DNA of 64,000 bases from Eledone cirrhosa (lineage: Eukaryota), in the NCBI GenBank assembly GCA_964016885.1, contig CAXHJY010000351.1, forward strand, positions 1-64,000, read 5' to 3'. Position numbers and translations under genes: made by a program. Under the pieces are notes generated by a model. It did no database searches, had not been told where the DNA came from, and worked only from the letters and a program-made list of their open reading frames with translations. Below are positions 1-12,126 of the stretch, one piece after another; position 1 is the first letter of the stretch; each line of letters starts with the position of its first letter.

Positions 1-358
1 AACTCTGATATAGCACCTGCAACCCTGATGGTATCCAATGATGTTGACGTGTTCTTCTTTTTGGTAAATATCATCTTAGTTAAGAGAGTGGGACTGGCTT
101 TGTGCAGTGCCTTTGCTCACTATAAAAGCTTCACGGCACAGGCATTGCTTTATATCTGGAGATCTCCCTGCACTTGTCATCACATGGTACCATGGGCCCA
201 ACACTATGTGTCAATAATTGTCACAAGTGTAGTGTTTGTACCAGAGTTTTCAAGTCGCTGGCTGGACTAAAAAGTCACACTCGTTCAGCGCATCGGTAGG
301 GTTCTCTTACATAGATATAAAGTAGTGGCCGTACTCGAAAACGAGTTGGCAGCCACTA
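1..358 (+). mobile_element. Non-autonomous RTE-related retroelement, copy 1 (5' part outside window)
   Basis: Near-identical to 59610-59967. Ends ACTCGAAAACGAGTTGGCAGCCAC followed by a TATG/TA tail. Confidence 0.7.
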
Positions 359-364
359 TATATG

Positions 365-438
<74 letters not shown>

Positions 439-486
439 TATATGTATGTATATATATATATAAATACATATATATATATATAATAT

Positions 487-552
<66 letters not shown>

Positions 553-830
553 TGTGTGTAAGTGTGTGTTTGTGCAAGTCCCGGGTTCATTCGGGGTTAA
601 CCAAAGTAAGTAAGGTACTCAATACATTAGTAGAGTGTAAACACCAACTTTAATATATATATGACTTCTAGGGGACTAGAACCGTAAGTGTGTGTGTGCT
701 TAAAAGCGTTAATAGACTTACGTCTAAGGGAAGTAATTTCAGAGTTGCAGTAGAGATATTTGGGTAGTCTCCCTTGTAATATTTAATTTTTATTTTTTAA
801 AAACACGTTATCCTTTCGGTCGTGTCTCAG

Positions 831-926
<96 letters not shown>

Positions 927-999
927 CACACCTACCCACTTTCCGCCTACACATATACATATACATACACAGATACACTGTACCTATATATATATATAT

Positions 1000-1242
1000 A
1001 CAGAGGTTATATTTAATTTGTTGGGATTCAACAAGCTTAAACATTTTTTTATAACTGATATAAAGCACTCAACTGCGTGAAGTAAATATACAATATATTA
1101 ACAAATGGAAACTATATTTATAAATCCCTATTGTATTTTATCTGATGAAAGCGCACCATAATTTGCCTTGGTGGCCCTTGAAATATGTATAATAAAATAA
1201 ATAAGGTTTTATAAATATAGTTTCCATTTGTTAATATATTAG
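1000..1242. mobile_element. Penelope-like pLTR remnant, family A, fold-back, hammerhead-like core
   Basis: AATATATTAACAAATGGAAACTATATTTATAAA is inverted at about 1208-1240. CTGATGA (1142) ... GAAA (1180). Other copies at 2078-2278, 18230-18695, 20960-21195, 22045-22372, 38395-38810 and 63673-63830. Confidence 0.6.
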
Positions 1243-1365
1243 TTGGTTGTCTCCCCTGAATTGTATGTTTCATTTCAGGGGAGTTAACTTTTAAATTCCG
1301 TTGTCTCTTTCTTTCCTCATTGTCACGTCACGCACACATGTATGCATCTATATATATCTATGCAC

Positions 1366-1578
<213 letters not shown>

Positions 1579-1685
1579 GATGCCATATATACATATACAT
1601 ATATACATATATACATATATGCATAGATACGCGCCCAAACACACACACATATACACACACATGTGCATTATTAAGTTACTATGTT

Positions 1686-1870
1686 GGATTGGCAGTATCG
1701 GTAGAGAGTCGGACGCCATGCTTTCCAGCATAGTTACGTCCCTTTACGATCTGAGTTCAAATCCCGCCGAGGTTGACTTTACCTTTCATCCTTACAAGGT
1801 CGATAAAATAAAGTACCAGTAATACACTGGGTAATTGCTGGCCTTGTGCCTAAAGTAGAAACAATTATTA
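1686..1870 (+). mobile_element. tRNA-derived SINE (dominant family in window)
   Basis: A-box TGGCAGTATCGG, B-box GAGTTCAAATCCC, central CCTTTCATCCTTAC..GGTCGATAAAATAAAGTACCAG, tail GGCCTTGTGCC..AAGTAGAAACAATTATTA. More than 12 copies or fragments in the window. Confidence 0.85.
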
Positions 1871-2042
1871 AGTTACGATGACGTTGAAGTCGAATACATG
1901 AATCCCACCGAATAAAGGAATAATAGAATGCCAGACGTTTTTTTTTTATTCTTTCGTTCGTTCATTCGGTCATTGCTTTATTTATATATATATTTATATG
2001 CCTCTTTACTTCCTCGCTATTCACATGTCGCCCACATGTACG

Positions 2043-2077
<35 letters not shown>

Positions 2078-2273
2078 TGTATTTTGTCTGATGAAGGCAT
2101 AGCATATTGTTAATATGATATCCCCGAAATATATATAATGAAATAAATATGGTTTTATAAATATAGTTTTCCATTTATTTAATATTGTAAATATACTCCA
2201 AATATTTGTCGAGTGCTTTTATATCAGTTATAAATATTTACTAGTTGTAACCCAACAATTTTAAATATAACTT

Positions 2274-2324
<51 letters not shown>

Positions 2325-2446
2325 CTATCCACGTATATGTATAAGTGGTTGTTGCAGCATGTGTCGCTGGCCAATGTCCAAGGAAATGCTCCTGCAGTCT
2401 TGCTCCCGGGACGCAACCTCCATGCCGCTGCGCCCTAGGCCTAGAC

Positions 2447-2552
2447 AAATGCCCAAGTATTTGTGTTCGGATAAATGCTGGTGAATCGAAACTATTCAAT
2501 ATGGGAGTCGTATTCCGCCAAGGGTGCGCTCTGTCACCTCTTCTGTTCATTG
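2447..2552 (+). mobile_element. LINE reverse-transcriptase fragment
   Basis: Translates VRINAGESKLFNMGVVFRQGCALSPLLFIV, the non-LTR RT motif GVRQGxxLSPxLF. Abuts a SINE. Confidence 0.7.
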
Positions 2553-2740
2553 TGGATTTGCAGTATCGGTAGAGTGTCGGACGCCATGCTTTTCAGCATA
2601 GAGTTACTCCCCCTTTACGGTATGAGTTCAAATCCCGCCGAGGTTAACTTTGCCTTTCATCCTTACGGGGTCGATAAAATAAAGTACCAGTAATACACTG
2701 GGTTAATTGCTGGCCTTGTGTCAAAAGTAGAAACAATTAT
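2553..2740 (+). mobile_element. tRNA-derived SINE
   Basis: Same family as 1686-1870. Lies about 300 bp upstream of the metalloprotease ATG. Confidence 0.85.
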
Positions 2741-3044
2741 CTACAAAAGAGAAAGAAGAAAAAACCCCCCGAAAACAATAACAAAAAAAGTCCCGAAAAA
2801 CGGAATGAATAAAATATATTTTAGAACGTGAGATGTTTATCGCTGAGCTTTGAAGTAAAGAAATATTTCTCGTGCAGAGAACGTCGTCTCGTTACTAGTG
2901 AAACAAACGCTGTTGTTTAGATTTAAAACAACGACAGATCGACAACACAGCAGCAAAATGAAAACATAATACAGAGAAAATGTCACCTAGACGTGACTGT
3001 TTACTGTACAGTTTATATATTAAGCAGTAATAATAATTATTATT

Positions 3045-5009
3045 ATGTTCACGTTGAATTCAACATTACCGATGTTTGTATCATTTTCATTGCTGTTATC
3101 GTTATTATATTTGTTTGTGACATTCTTGGTCTCAGTCGATCAGTCGCACGCTTTTCCTGCACCTCCAAATAGACACGAGAAGGACACAGAAGGAACAGAA
3201 ATCATTTTAAACCAATTGCCAATTGGTGCTAAGGAAAAAAAGATGAAATTTTCGAAAGATGAAGATGATAATAATTACGTCAATGGGAAACCGTTAAAAC
3301 TTCGTTTTCAGTTCCTGTTACATAAAGACACTGTCAACTTTTTACTTTATTTAGACTTGGTCGATGTCTCAATATATCGTATTGGAAAACGTGAAAGTCA
3401 ATTATTCCATTTTCCAGCTTCTGAAAGTAAATATCGGGAAGTTGCATCGATTTACGTGGGAGCTAACTCACTTTTGTCTGTGAAGCGTAAGAAAGTAGTA
3501 ATTGGTAACCACACACACAACTACTTCATCATTGCTGGAATGTTCACACACAAATCGAAATATTACGGTGTAACACCGATCGAGAAACGAGACGGTAAGA
3601 CGAACGATCAGAATTTTCATTTAGTTTACGTATTACATGAGATCAAGCCTGGCTCCATAGATTTCTTCTCTTATTTCAATGCCGTCAAACGTAAAGCAAA
3701 CACCGGGAAGATTCGCAATAAAAGAAACTTGCGAAAATCACTCACCATTGAACTTGGTATCGTCATTGACTATAGTGTCTATAGGTTTTTTCTGTCAATG
3801 CAGGGTGGCGATAATATAGAACAGAAGTCGTTCGATGTTGTGTATTCAATCAAGGAATATTATTCATATATGCTGTCCACCATTAACGTGGTCTTCCACT
3901 CACTCCCCAGTGAAAGCTTTACTATAACAGTTAAATGTAGAAGTTTTTTCATTTCTGATAATCCTAAAACTTCTTGGTGGATTGAATCTCTTCATGAGGA
4001 ATCGAAAGGAGTCGAAGCCGTTGCTGTTTGGAACAGGTTTACTGATTGGCTACAGGATCAACCATTGAGCAACACCTTACATTACGAAGACCACATCTTG
4101 ATAATAACACGTCACAGCTTGATACAATCCAGTGAAAAGCTTTTGGGTTACACCCTGCTGTTAGGAATGTGCACTGTAAACTCTACAAGTATCATACAAG
4201 AGAAATTTGGCCTCTACACAGGACTGGCGGCTGCTCATGAATTAGGACACAGTTTGGGAGTATTACACGATGGAAAAAACAACACATGTGATCCAACCGA
4301 CGAATTTATCATGGCACCAAGTCTCGGTCCTCGTGAAAACGAATACAGATTGAACAGGTTCAAATTCTCCCGTTGCTCTTATGGCTATTTAAAGAACAAC
4401 CTGCCTAAGATGACCTGCCTTTCAGACTATGATTCTGAGGTTGATTCAGAACTGAAAGCCTTCCAAGAAATGAAGCCTGGACAACGATACAGTGCGAACT
4501 GGCAGTGCCAAATAAGGTTCGGAACAAGTTCTGATATTTATAAGTGTCGAGAAAAGAATATATTCAACGAAGCATTTTGTACGAACATGTGGTGCGACAA
4601 TGCGGAGGGAGCATGTATGAAAATTATCCCTTTAGAAGGTACCATGTGTAGCCCTAGGGAAGCATGTAAAAACGGTCGATGCATGTTTTCGAATGCAACT
4701 AATATGGCAATGCAAGAAGACGAAGACTGCTGGTTGGGAGACAAACGTTACTACACAGGCTACCAAATACCTCATGCCACATGTCACCAAACGGTATCCC
4801 AACAACCATGGTACTGCTACAGTTCTAAGTTCTACAAAGAATGCTGTTGGACGTGCGCATTCTTCAGGTATCATAGTTTACGCGGGTGTGAATACGGCGA
4901 CCGAGGAACCGATTGTCTTGTAGAGAGCTGCGGATCTTACAGCTTTCAGAAACGGCACATCGATTGCTGCTTTACCTGCCGTCAATCAAACCAATACGAG
5001 AATACATGA
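3045..5009 (+). CDS. Secreted ADAMTS-like zinc metalloprotease (peptidase M12B/reprolysin), single exon, 654 aa
   Basis: Uninterrupted ORF with a hydrophobic signal peptide, a prodomain ending at a furin-type site (RNKR), and ADAMTS-type TIELGIVID start of the catalytic domain. It has the zinc motif HELGHSLGVLHD, Met-turn FIMAP, an ADAMTS disintegrin-like/Cys-rich module (PGQRYSANWQCQIRFG...EGTMC...C.NGRC), and two C-terminal GD(K/R)...CCxTC Cys-rich repeats. AATAAA lies at about 5120. Confidence 0.92.
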   Translation: MFTLNSTLPMFVSFSLLLSLLYLFVTFLVSVDQSHAFPAPPNRHEKDTEGTEIILNQLPIGAKEKKMKFSKDEDDNNYVNGKPLKLRFQFLLHKDTVNFLLYLDLVDVSIYRIGKRESQLFHFPASESKYREVASIYVGANSLLSVKRKKVVIGNHTHNYFIIAGMFTHKSKYYGVTPIEKRDGKTNDQNFHLVYVLHEIKPGSIDFFSYFNAVKRKANTGKIRNKRNLRKSLTIELGIVIDYSVYRFFLSMQGGDNIEQKSFDVVYSIKEYYSYMLSTINVVFHSLPSESFTITVKCRSFFISDNPKTSWWIESLHEESKGVEAVAVWNRFTDWLQDQPLSNTLHYEDHILIITRHSLIQSSEKLLGYTLLLGMCTVNSTSIIQEKFGLYTGLAAAHELGHSLGVLHDGKNNTCDPTDEFIMAPSLGPRENEYRLNRFKFSRCSYGYLKNNLPKMTCLSDYDSEVDSELKAFQEMKPGQRYSANWQCQIRFGTSSDIYKCREKNIFNEAFCTNMWCDNAEGACMKIIPLEGTMCSPREACKNGRCMFSNATNMAMQEDEDCWLGDKRYYTGYQIPHATCHQTVSQQPWYCYSSKFYKECCWTCAFFRYHSLRGCEYGDRGTDCLVESCGSYSFQKRHIDCCFTCRQSNQYENT

Positions 5010-5225
5010 ATCAGATGAGGGAGAGGAAGAGAACTTTTCAACGGATGCTGAGAGGGCGAAGATTGGAGGAGTAGAAATATTTGCGAGATAGAGAGACGGT
5101 TAAAACAACAACAACAGAAAATAAAAGCTGGAGATAGAGAGAGGAGACATATTAATATGTCGAAGGAAGAAATTGCTGTACAAAGAGTGAGAGAGAGAGA
5201 GAAAGTGAGAGAGAGTGAGAAATTG

Positions 5226-5343
<118 letters not shown>

Positions 5344-5556
5344 GAGCTGAATTAACTTACCAAAAAAGTGTCCAGCAAATATATTTAAATCTTCACAAAA
5401 CTGATGACTTCAATTATTATGACTAATTCTTATTTATTACATAAACACACACGTACAACGATCATCTATAGATATATGTGTGAGTATTCATCTTTTCTTC
5501 CTTAAACGAATACAACACCGGTTTACATAGGCGTATAGACATTATATAGGCATATC

Positions 5557-5603
<47 letters not shown>

Positions 5604-5852
5604 ATGCTTTGGGAGGGTCATGTTGCCAATAAGAAACACACGCACCAGTTGCTTTCACTCCAATTTATTATAAATTAAATTTATAAATTTCCGGTTGGTT
5701 GGTTGGTTGGTTCCACAACCGGACGGTTGTTCATATATTGTCAAAGTTCTTTCGTCACACATTCTGTAATCTCTTCAGTGACTGGGGATTCTTTTCTTTG
5801 TTTTCAACACACGTTTTCAGATAAAGAATCTTGCTAAACAAATTCAGAAACG

Positions 5853-5912
<60 letters not shown>

Positions 5913-6190
5913 TTATATATATAAGTGGTAACACAACAGTTAGTTCACCATACCGAGAACAATTGTTTCACCTTAGCTGATCCTCAGCTCGTATATATGA
6001 AATTGTTCAAGACCCCGACGGCAGAGCTCAAGCCGTCTCGACGGCTATTTCTGGACATAAATAGGCGTCGAAACGGCTTGAGCTCTGCTGTCGGGGTCTT
6101 GAACAATTTGCTATTACCCACTCTATTACCCTAAGTATTGAGTACTCTTGTGGGTTATGGTCCACCTGGCTCCTTACCACACTTCCTTCG

Positions 6191-6239
<49 letters not shown>

Positions 6240-6270
6240 GAAAAGATTCAGGACTCCTTACCATCTAGGG

Positions 6271-6377
6271 TCGGATATGTCTTGTCAACACTATGTCTTG
6301 TCAACACTATATCTTGTCAACACTATATCTTGTCAACACTATATCTTGTCAACACTATGTTGACAAGACATATCCGA
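6271..6377. repeat. 20-bp-arm palindrome enclosing about 5 tandem 17-bp units
   Basis: TCGGATATGTCTTGTCAACA ... TGTTGACAAGACATATCCGA with internal tandem units of TCTTGTCAACACTAT(A/G). Confidence 0.9.
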
Positions 6378-6809
6378 AGACGATATATTCTCGCCTGTTT
6401 TCGAAGTTCAGCAGTTGCAAGACCGGAATGTATACACACGTTGATTAGAATGCTGTTGAAGTGTGTATACATTTTTGGGGGACAACCTGAACATATAAGG
6501 TGTTCTGCATTATTTGCAGCCAGTATGAACCATTAGGCTGTCAAACCTCGGCCTTCTTGGCCTCGTTTTCACCACTTCTCTGTTTGTGTTGAGAAACTAT
6601 AAATTTTTCACGGCTGTCTGACAACTTTATTCGTTGCCTTAGTGACGTCATACTCCCGCCATATGAGAGGCAGAGAGAGAGAGAGAGAGAGAGAGAAGAT
6701 GAGGAGGAGAAATAAGGGAGGTGGGGTTTTAGACGAAAGCCCAGAGTTACTGTTGGTGTTGTATTTCTGAGTGTCGTGACTGAGGTTGTTGTTCTTTTTG
6801 TAACTGAAA

Positions 6810-8280
6810 GTGTTGCTAGTGTTGTTGCTGTTGTTGTTGTTGTTGTTGGTGTTGTTGGTGGTGTCGGTGGTGTTGGTGGTGTTGGTGTTGGTGTTGTTGG
6901 TGGTGTTGGTGGTGTTGGTGCTGTTGTTGTTGGTGGTGTTGGTGGTGTTGGTGTTGGTGGTGTTATTGGTCTTGTTGTTGTTGGTGGTGGTGTTGGTGGT
7001 GTTGTTGTTGGTGGTGTTGGTGGTGTTGGTGGTGTTGGTGGTGTTGGTGGTGTTGGTGTTGGTGGTGTTGTTGTTGGTGGTGTTGTTGTTGGTGGTGTTG
7101 TTGTTGTTGTTGTTGGTGTTGTTGGTGTTGTTGGTGTTGGTGGTGTTGTTGGTGGTGTTGTTGGTGGTGTTGGTGGTGTTGGTGGTGTTGTTGTTGGTGT
7201 TGTTAGTGGTGTTGGTGGTGTTGGTGCTGTTGTTGTTGGTGGTGTTGGTGGTGTTGGTGTTGGTGGTGTTGGTGTTGGTGGTGTTATTGGTCTTGTTGTT
7301 GGTGGTGGTGGTGTTGGTGGTGTTGTTGTTGGTGGTGTTGGTGGTGTTGGTGGTGTTGGTGGTGTTGGTGGTGTTGGTGTTGGTGGTGTTGTTGTTGTTG
7401 GTGGTGTTGTTGTTGGTGGTGTTGTTGTTGTTGGTGTTGTTGGTGTTGTTGGTGTTGGTGGTGTTGGTGGTGTTGTTGGTGGTGTTGTTGGTGGTGTTGG
7501 TGGTGTTGTTGTTGGTGGTGTTGTTGTTGGTGTTGGTGGTGTTGTTGTTGGTGTTGTTGGTGTTGGTGTTGTTGGTGTTGTTGGTGTTGTTGGTGTTGGT
7601 GGTGTTGTTGGTGGTGTTGGTGGTGTTGTTGTTTGTGTTGTTGGTGTTGTTGGTGTTGGTGGTGTTGGTGGTGGTGGTGTTGGTGTTGTTGGTGGTGTTG
7701 GTGGTGGTGGTGTTGGTGTTGTTGGTGTTGGTGGTGTTGTTGCTGTTGTTGTTGTTGGTGCTGTAGTTGTTGGTGGTGTTGGTGTTGTTGGTGTTGGTGG
7801 TGTTGTTGCTGTTGTTGTTGTTGGTGCTGTTGTTGTTGGTGGTGTTGGTGGTGTTGGTGTTGTTGTTGGTGGTGTTGTTGGTGTTGGTGGTGTTGGTGTT
7901 GTTGTTGGTGGTGGTGTTGGTGTTGGTGGTGTTGGTGTTGGTGGTGTTGGTGTTGTTGTTGTTGTTGTTGTTGGTGGTGTTGTTGTTGGTGTTGTTGTTG
8001 GTGGTGGTGGTGTTGGTGGTGTTGGTGTTGTTGGTGTTGGTGGTGTTGTTGGTGTTGTTGTTGGTGTTGTTGGTGGTGTTGGTGGTGGTGGTGGTGTTGG
8101 TGGTGTTGGTGTTGGTGGTGTTATTGTTGGTGGTGTTGGTGGTGTTGGTGGTCTTGTTGTTGTTGGTGTTGTTGTTGTTGCTGGTGGTGTTGTTGTTGGT
8201 GTTGGTGGTGGTGGTGTTGTTGTTGCTGGTGGTGTTGTTGTTGGTGTTGGTGCTGTTGTTGGTGTTGTTGGTGGTGTTGC
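6810..8280. repeat. 1.5-kb compound trinucleotide array (GTT/GGT)n
   Basis: Almost exclusively GTT and GGT triplets held in one phase. Explains the T/N, G/V, L/V and C/W ORFs. Confidence 0.95.
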
Positions 8281-8939
8281 TTTTGATGTTGTTGGGGGTG
8301 GGTTTAACTTGTTTTTCTGCTAATTGAATGTTTGCCATTTTTGCCAGATTTGTTGTTGTTGTTTTTCCGTCCCATGGGAGCTGGAGACGTTTAATGAGGT
8401 CGAGGGTCACCTCTCTTCTCCCCAAATGGAGGGGCGAAACATTTTAAGTCATGCCCCTTTTTTAGCAATACACACACACACACACACATGTAAATGAGCA
8501 TAAACATATACAAGCACATAAATAAGTTACAGACTTATACACCTCATACAAACACAAGCATGCTCATATATACATATACACTAATATACACAAACAATTA
8601 CACACACACAAATACTTATGCACAGTCATACACAAACAATTACATACACACACACACATACACAACCCTACTGAAAGAATTACGCACACACACATACATA
8701 TTCAATATTACACGTGCCTATACTTACACATGCTGACAATCATACACAAACACATAAGCAATTGCACATGCACACACATACATTTGCATAAACATACAGA
8801 AACATGCATAACCAATCACACATACACATACACTATCATTATGTCGTCAGCCACGAACACCCAGCAGCTCCCACCGCCTCCAATACCACTAGATAAATTA
8901 CTGGCTTATGTTTATTGGACTTCCGTCGATTTAAACGAT

Positions 8940-9066
8940 GAGTGTTCTAGTTGTTTGATCAAGGGAACAGCGTGTTCGCGAAATTAACGTCCACGTGGAT
9001 GAGCATTCCACAAACACGTGTACACTTAATGTAATTCTCGGGGAGATTCAGCATAACACAGTGTAA
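8940..9066. mobile_element. Degenerate interspersed repeat (SINE body fragment)
   Basis: GGAACAGC..GCGAAATTAACGT..ACACGTGTACACTTAATGTAATTCTCGGGAGATTCAGC resembles a common octopus SINE segment (recognition from memory only). Confidence 0.45.
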
Positions 9067-9231
9067 CAAGGGCCTCCAAGAGAAATTTTGCAAGGCGGTA
9101 CAAGACCCCTTTGGGGCCCGAAGCAGGGAATGATTTTTCTCAAAATTGATGTTGCAGGGTTGCTGTGGGGCCTTCTTAGCTCTTGGGCCCTGGAACAATG
9201 TACCGACTGGATCCCCCTCACATAGGCCCTG
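9067..9231. mobile_element. Possible hAT-type MITE remnant
   Basis: GC-rich insert bounded by AGGGCC(T)...AGGCCCTG with internal GGGGCCC motifs. Confidence 0.35.
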
Positions 9232-9464
9232 GTAACATGACTTGTAGGTCCTAGTATTTGTGAAATTATGTGTCTTTGTCAACTCCACAATGCACACCCG
9301 AGAATCGAATTCACAACCTTATGATCTTGAACCAATGCCCTATCCTCTAAGCCATATGCCTGCACTCCATACCAAACCACTGAAACCTATCAATGGTGCC
9401 TCTACACGAACGCTTGGCCTGCTAGAAATAGAACCCAAATTTACCACAAAGCATTCAGCTATTA

Positions 9465-9925
9465 CTAAAACTACGACCACAACTACCATCACAAACACTA
9501 CCACACCACTACCACTAAAACTACAACCACAACTACCATCACCAACACTATAACCTCCACCACCACCACTACCACTACCATTACCACTAAAACTACGATC
9601 ACAACCAACACTACCACCAACACCAACACCAACACCACCACTACCAATACCACTAAAACTACGACCACAACTACCATCACGAACACTATCACTACCACTA
9701 AAACTACAACCGCAACTACCATCACCAACACTACCACCACTACCACTAAAACTACAGCTACAACCAGAATTGCCACCACAACAACCACCACCACCACCAC
9801 TACCACCAGCAACACCACTACCACTACTACCGCCACCACTACTACTACCACTACCACTACTACAACCACCACCACCACCACACCACAACCACCACTACTA
9901 TCACCACCACCACTACTACCACTAG
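9465..9925. repeat. (ACC/ACT)n low-complexity array with recurring CCACTAAAACTAC unit
   Basis: Directly visible in the sequence. Confidence 0.85.
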
Positions 9926-10180
9926 CTCCACCTAACGACACACTAGAGGATAAAATGCTAAGCTAAAATAAACTACGGTGAGTTAAGAGATTTGTGCGTG
10001 TGTGTCTGGGGGGGGGGGGTTGTTTGGGGGTCTCGGGTGGTATATAAAGAGAGAAGGGGGAGGGGTAAAATAATAAAGTGTAGTAGAGAAGGAGATAGAG
10101 ATTGTGAGGCAGGGGTGAAAATACCAATATAAACAAGCGCGTGTGTGAGTCTAGATATATATATATACACACACACACAC

Positions 10181-10211
<31 letters not shown>

Positions 10212-10295
10212 CATAAACACACACACACAAAATATACATATACATACATATATATATACACACACATATATATATATTTATATATACATATACAT

Positions 10296-10326
<31 letters not shown>

Positions 10327-10437
10327 CATATATATATATATACACGCATATATACATGTATTTACATACATACATACATATATATATAGACATATATATA
10401 TACACACTTATATATATATATACACGCATATATACAT

Positions 10438-10482
<45 letters not shown>

Positions 10483-10998
10483 TACTCGCAAGACAGACAT
10501 ACAAAATAGGTGGTTGTTTTGGACAGCCATGCTTGGTCAGTTTACAAAACCTAAATGCGTGTTTACTATTATTGTTGTTGTTACTGTTGTAGTTGTTGTT
10601 GTGATGATGATATCGATGCAGCTGTTGTTGTTGTGATATCAATGCTGCTGCTGTTGTTGTTGACCAACACCATGATAAGTTCCTCAGCAATACACCATTT
10701 GCTCCTAGATCAACGATAAAAGCCGGTCTTGTTGTGGAAGCGATCCTCATAAATCTAGAATGTTCCAACACACAACAGACACAGTACAGATACTGAATGA
10801 AGACCGAATACTCTGGAGACATTTAGACATCAGCATATTGCGCATGCTCCACTGACCATCAACTCGACTGCTTCAGCTAAAGAGAATATCATCCTTGACC
10901 TGCTAAATATAATGGTTTTTAATTTAGACACAAGGCCAGCAATTTTGGGGTAGGGAAAAGTCGATTAAATCGACCCAGTGCGTTACTGGTACTTTACT

Positions 10999-11046
<48 letters not shown>

Positions 11047-11224
11047 ATACTAATAATGCTAATAATTGTTTCTACTTTTGGCACAAGGCCAGCAATTATC
11101 GCAGTGTATTACTGGTACTTTATTTTATCGACCCCCATAAGGATGAAAGGCAAAGTTGACCTCGGCGGGATTTGAACTCAGAATAAGGATAAGGTCTAAC
11201 TTTACTTATCAGCTGTAGGTGCTA

Positions 11225-11650
11225 ATCCAACATGGTCTAATAACTGAAACAAGTTGGTACTACTGCAGCATGGCCGCAGTCTAATGCCTGAAACAAGTAG
11301 GTGCTACTCCAGCATGGCCGCGGTCTAATAACTGAAACAAGTTGGTACTACTCCAGCATGGCCGCAGTCTAATGACTGAAACAAGTTGGTACTACTTCAG
11401 CATGGCCGCAGTCTAATAACTGAAACAAGTAGGTGCTACTCCAGCATGGCCGGAATCTAATGCCTGAAACAACTAGGTGCTACTTCAGCATGGCCGCAGT
11501 CTAATAACTGAAACAAGTAGGTGCTACTCCAGCATGGCCGGAATCTAATGCCTGAAACAACTAGGTGCTACTTCAGCATGGCCGCAGTCTAATAACTGAA
11601 ACAAGTAGGTGGTACTCCAACATGGCCGGAATCTAATGCCTGAAATCAAT
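11225..11650 (+). repeat. 44-bp minisatellite (about 9-10 copies) derived from a SINE 3' tail
   Basis: Unit GCATGGCCGCAGTCTAATAACTGAAACAAGTAGGTGCTACTCCA. Related single-copy tails lie at 20660-20710 (-) and 53070-53115 (+). Confidence 0.85.
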
Positions 11651-11950
11651 AAAGCGACATACATATCAAAGGTCAAAGATAAAATAAGACATTTTCGAGG
11701 TTTTGGTAAATATTTTATTAATCTTTTTGTTTTGTTTGTTTCAATATTTTGTTGTTTTTGTTGTTGTTGTTGTTTATTATTAACAAATCGATTACATTGA
11801 TTCTTCAACCCATTCTCCTTCCCCACTCCTCTTCCTTCCGTTATCCTCTCTTTGGCGCTTGTTTGTATATATATATAAATGTATATATATATAGACATTT
11901 AAGTTCTTTTTATATATATATATATATGTATATATTTAAATATCTCTATA

Positions 11951-12051
<101 letters not shown>

Positions 12052-12085
12052 TTATATATATATATACATATACATACATATATAC

Positions 12086-12126
<41 letters not shown>

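Noticed and set aside
28-270. 80-aa ORF duplicated at 59637-59879
   Set aside because: It lies inside a dispersed retroelement-like repeat and has no recognisable domain.
1686-1770. tRNA gene
   Set aside because: A/B boxes are present, but there is no cloverleaf and the sequence continues into a multicopy SINE body.
6643-6661. CRE (TGACGTCA) plus E2F-like TCCCGCCA
   Set aside because: Isolated short motifs with no associated gene start, so insufficient support.
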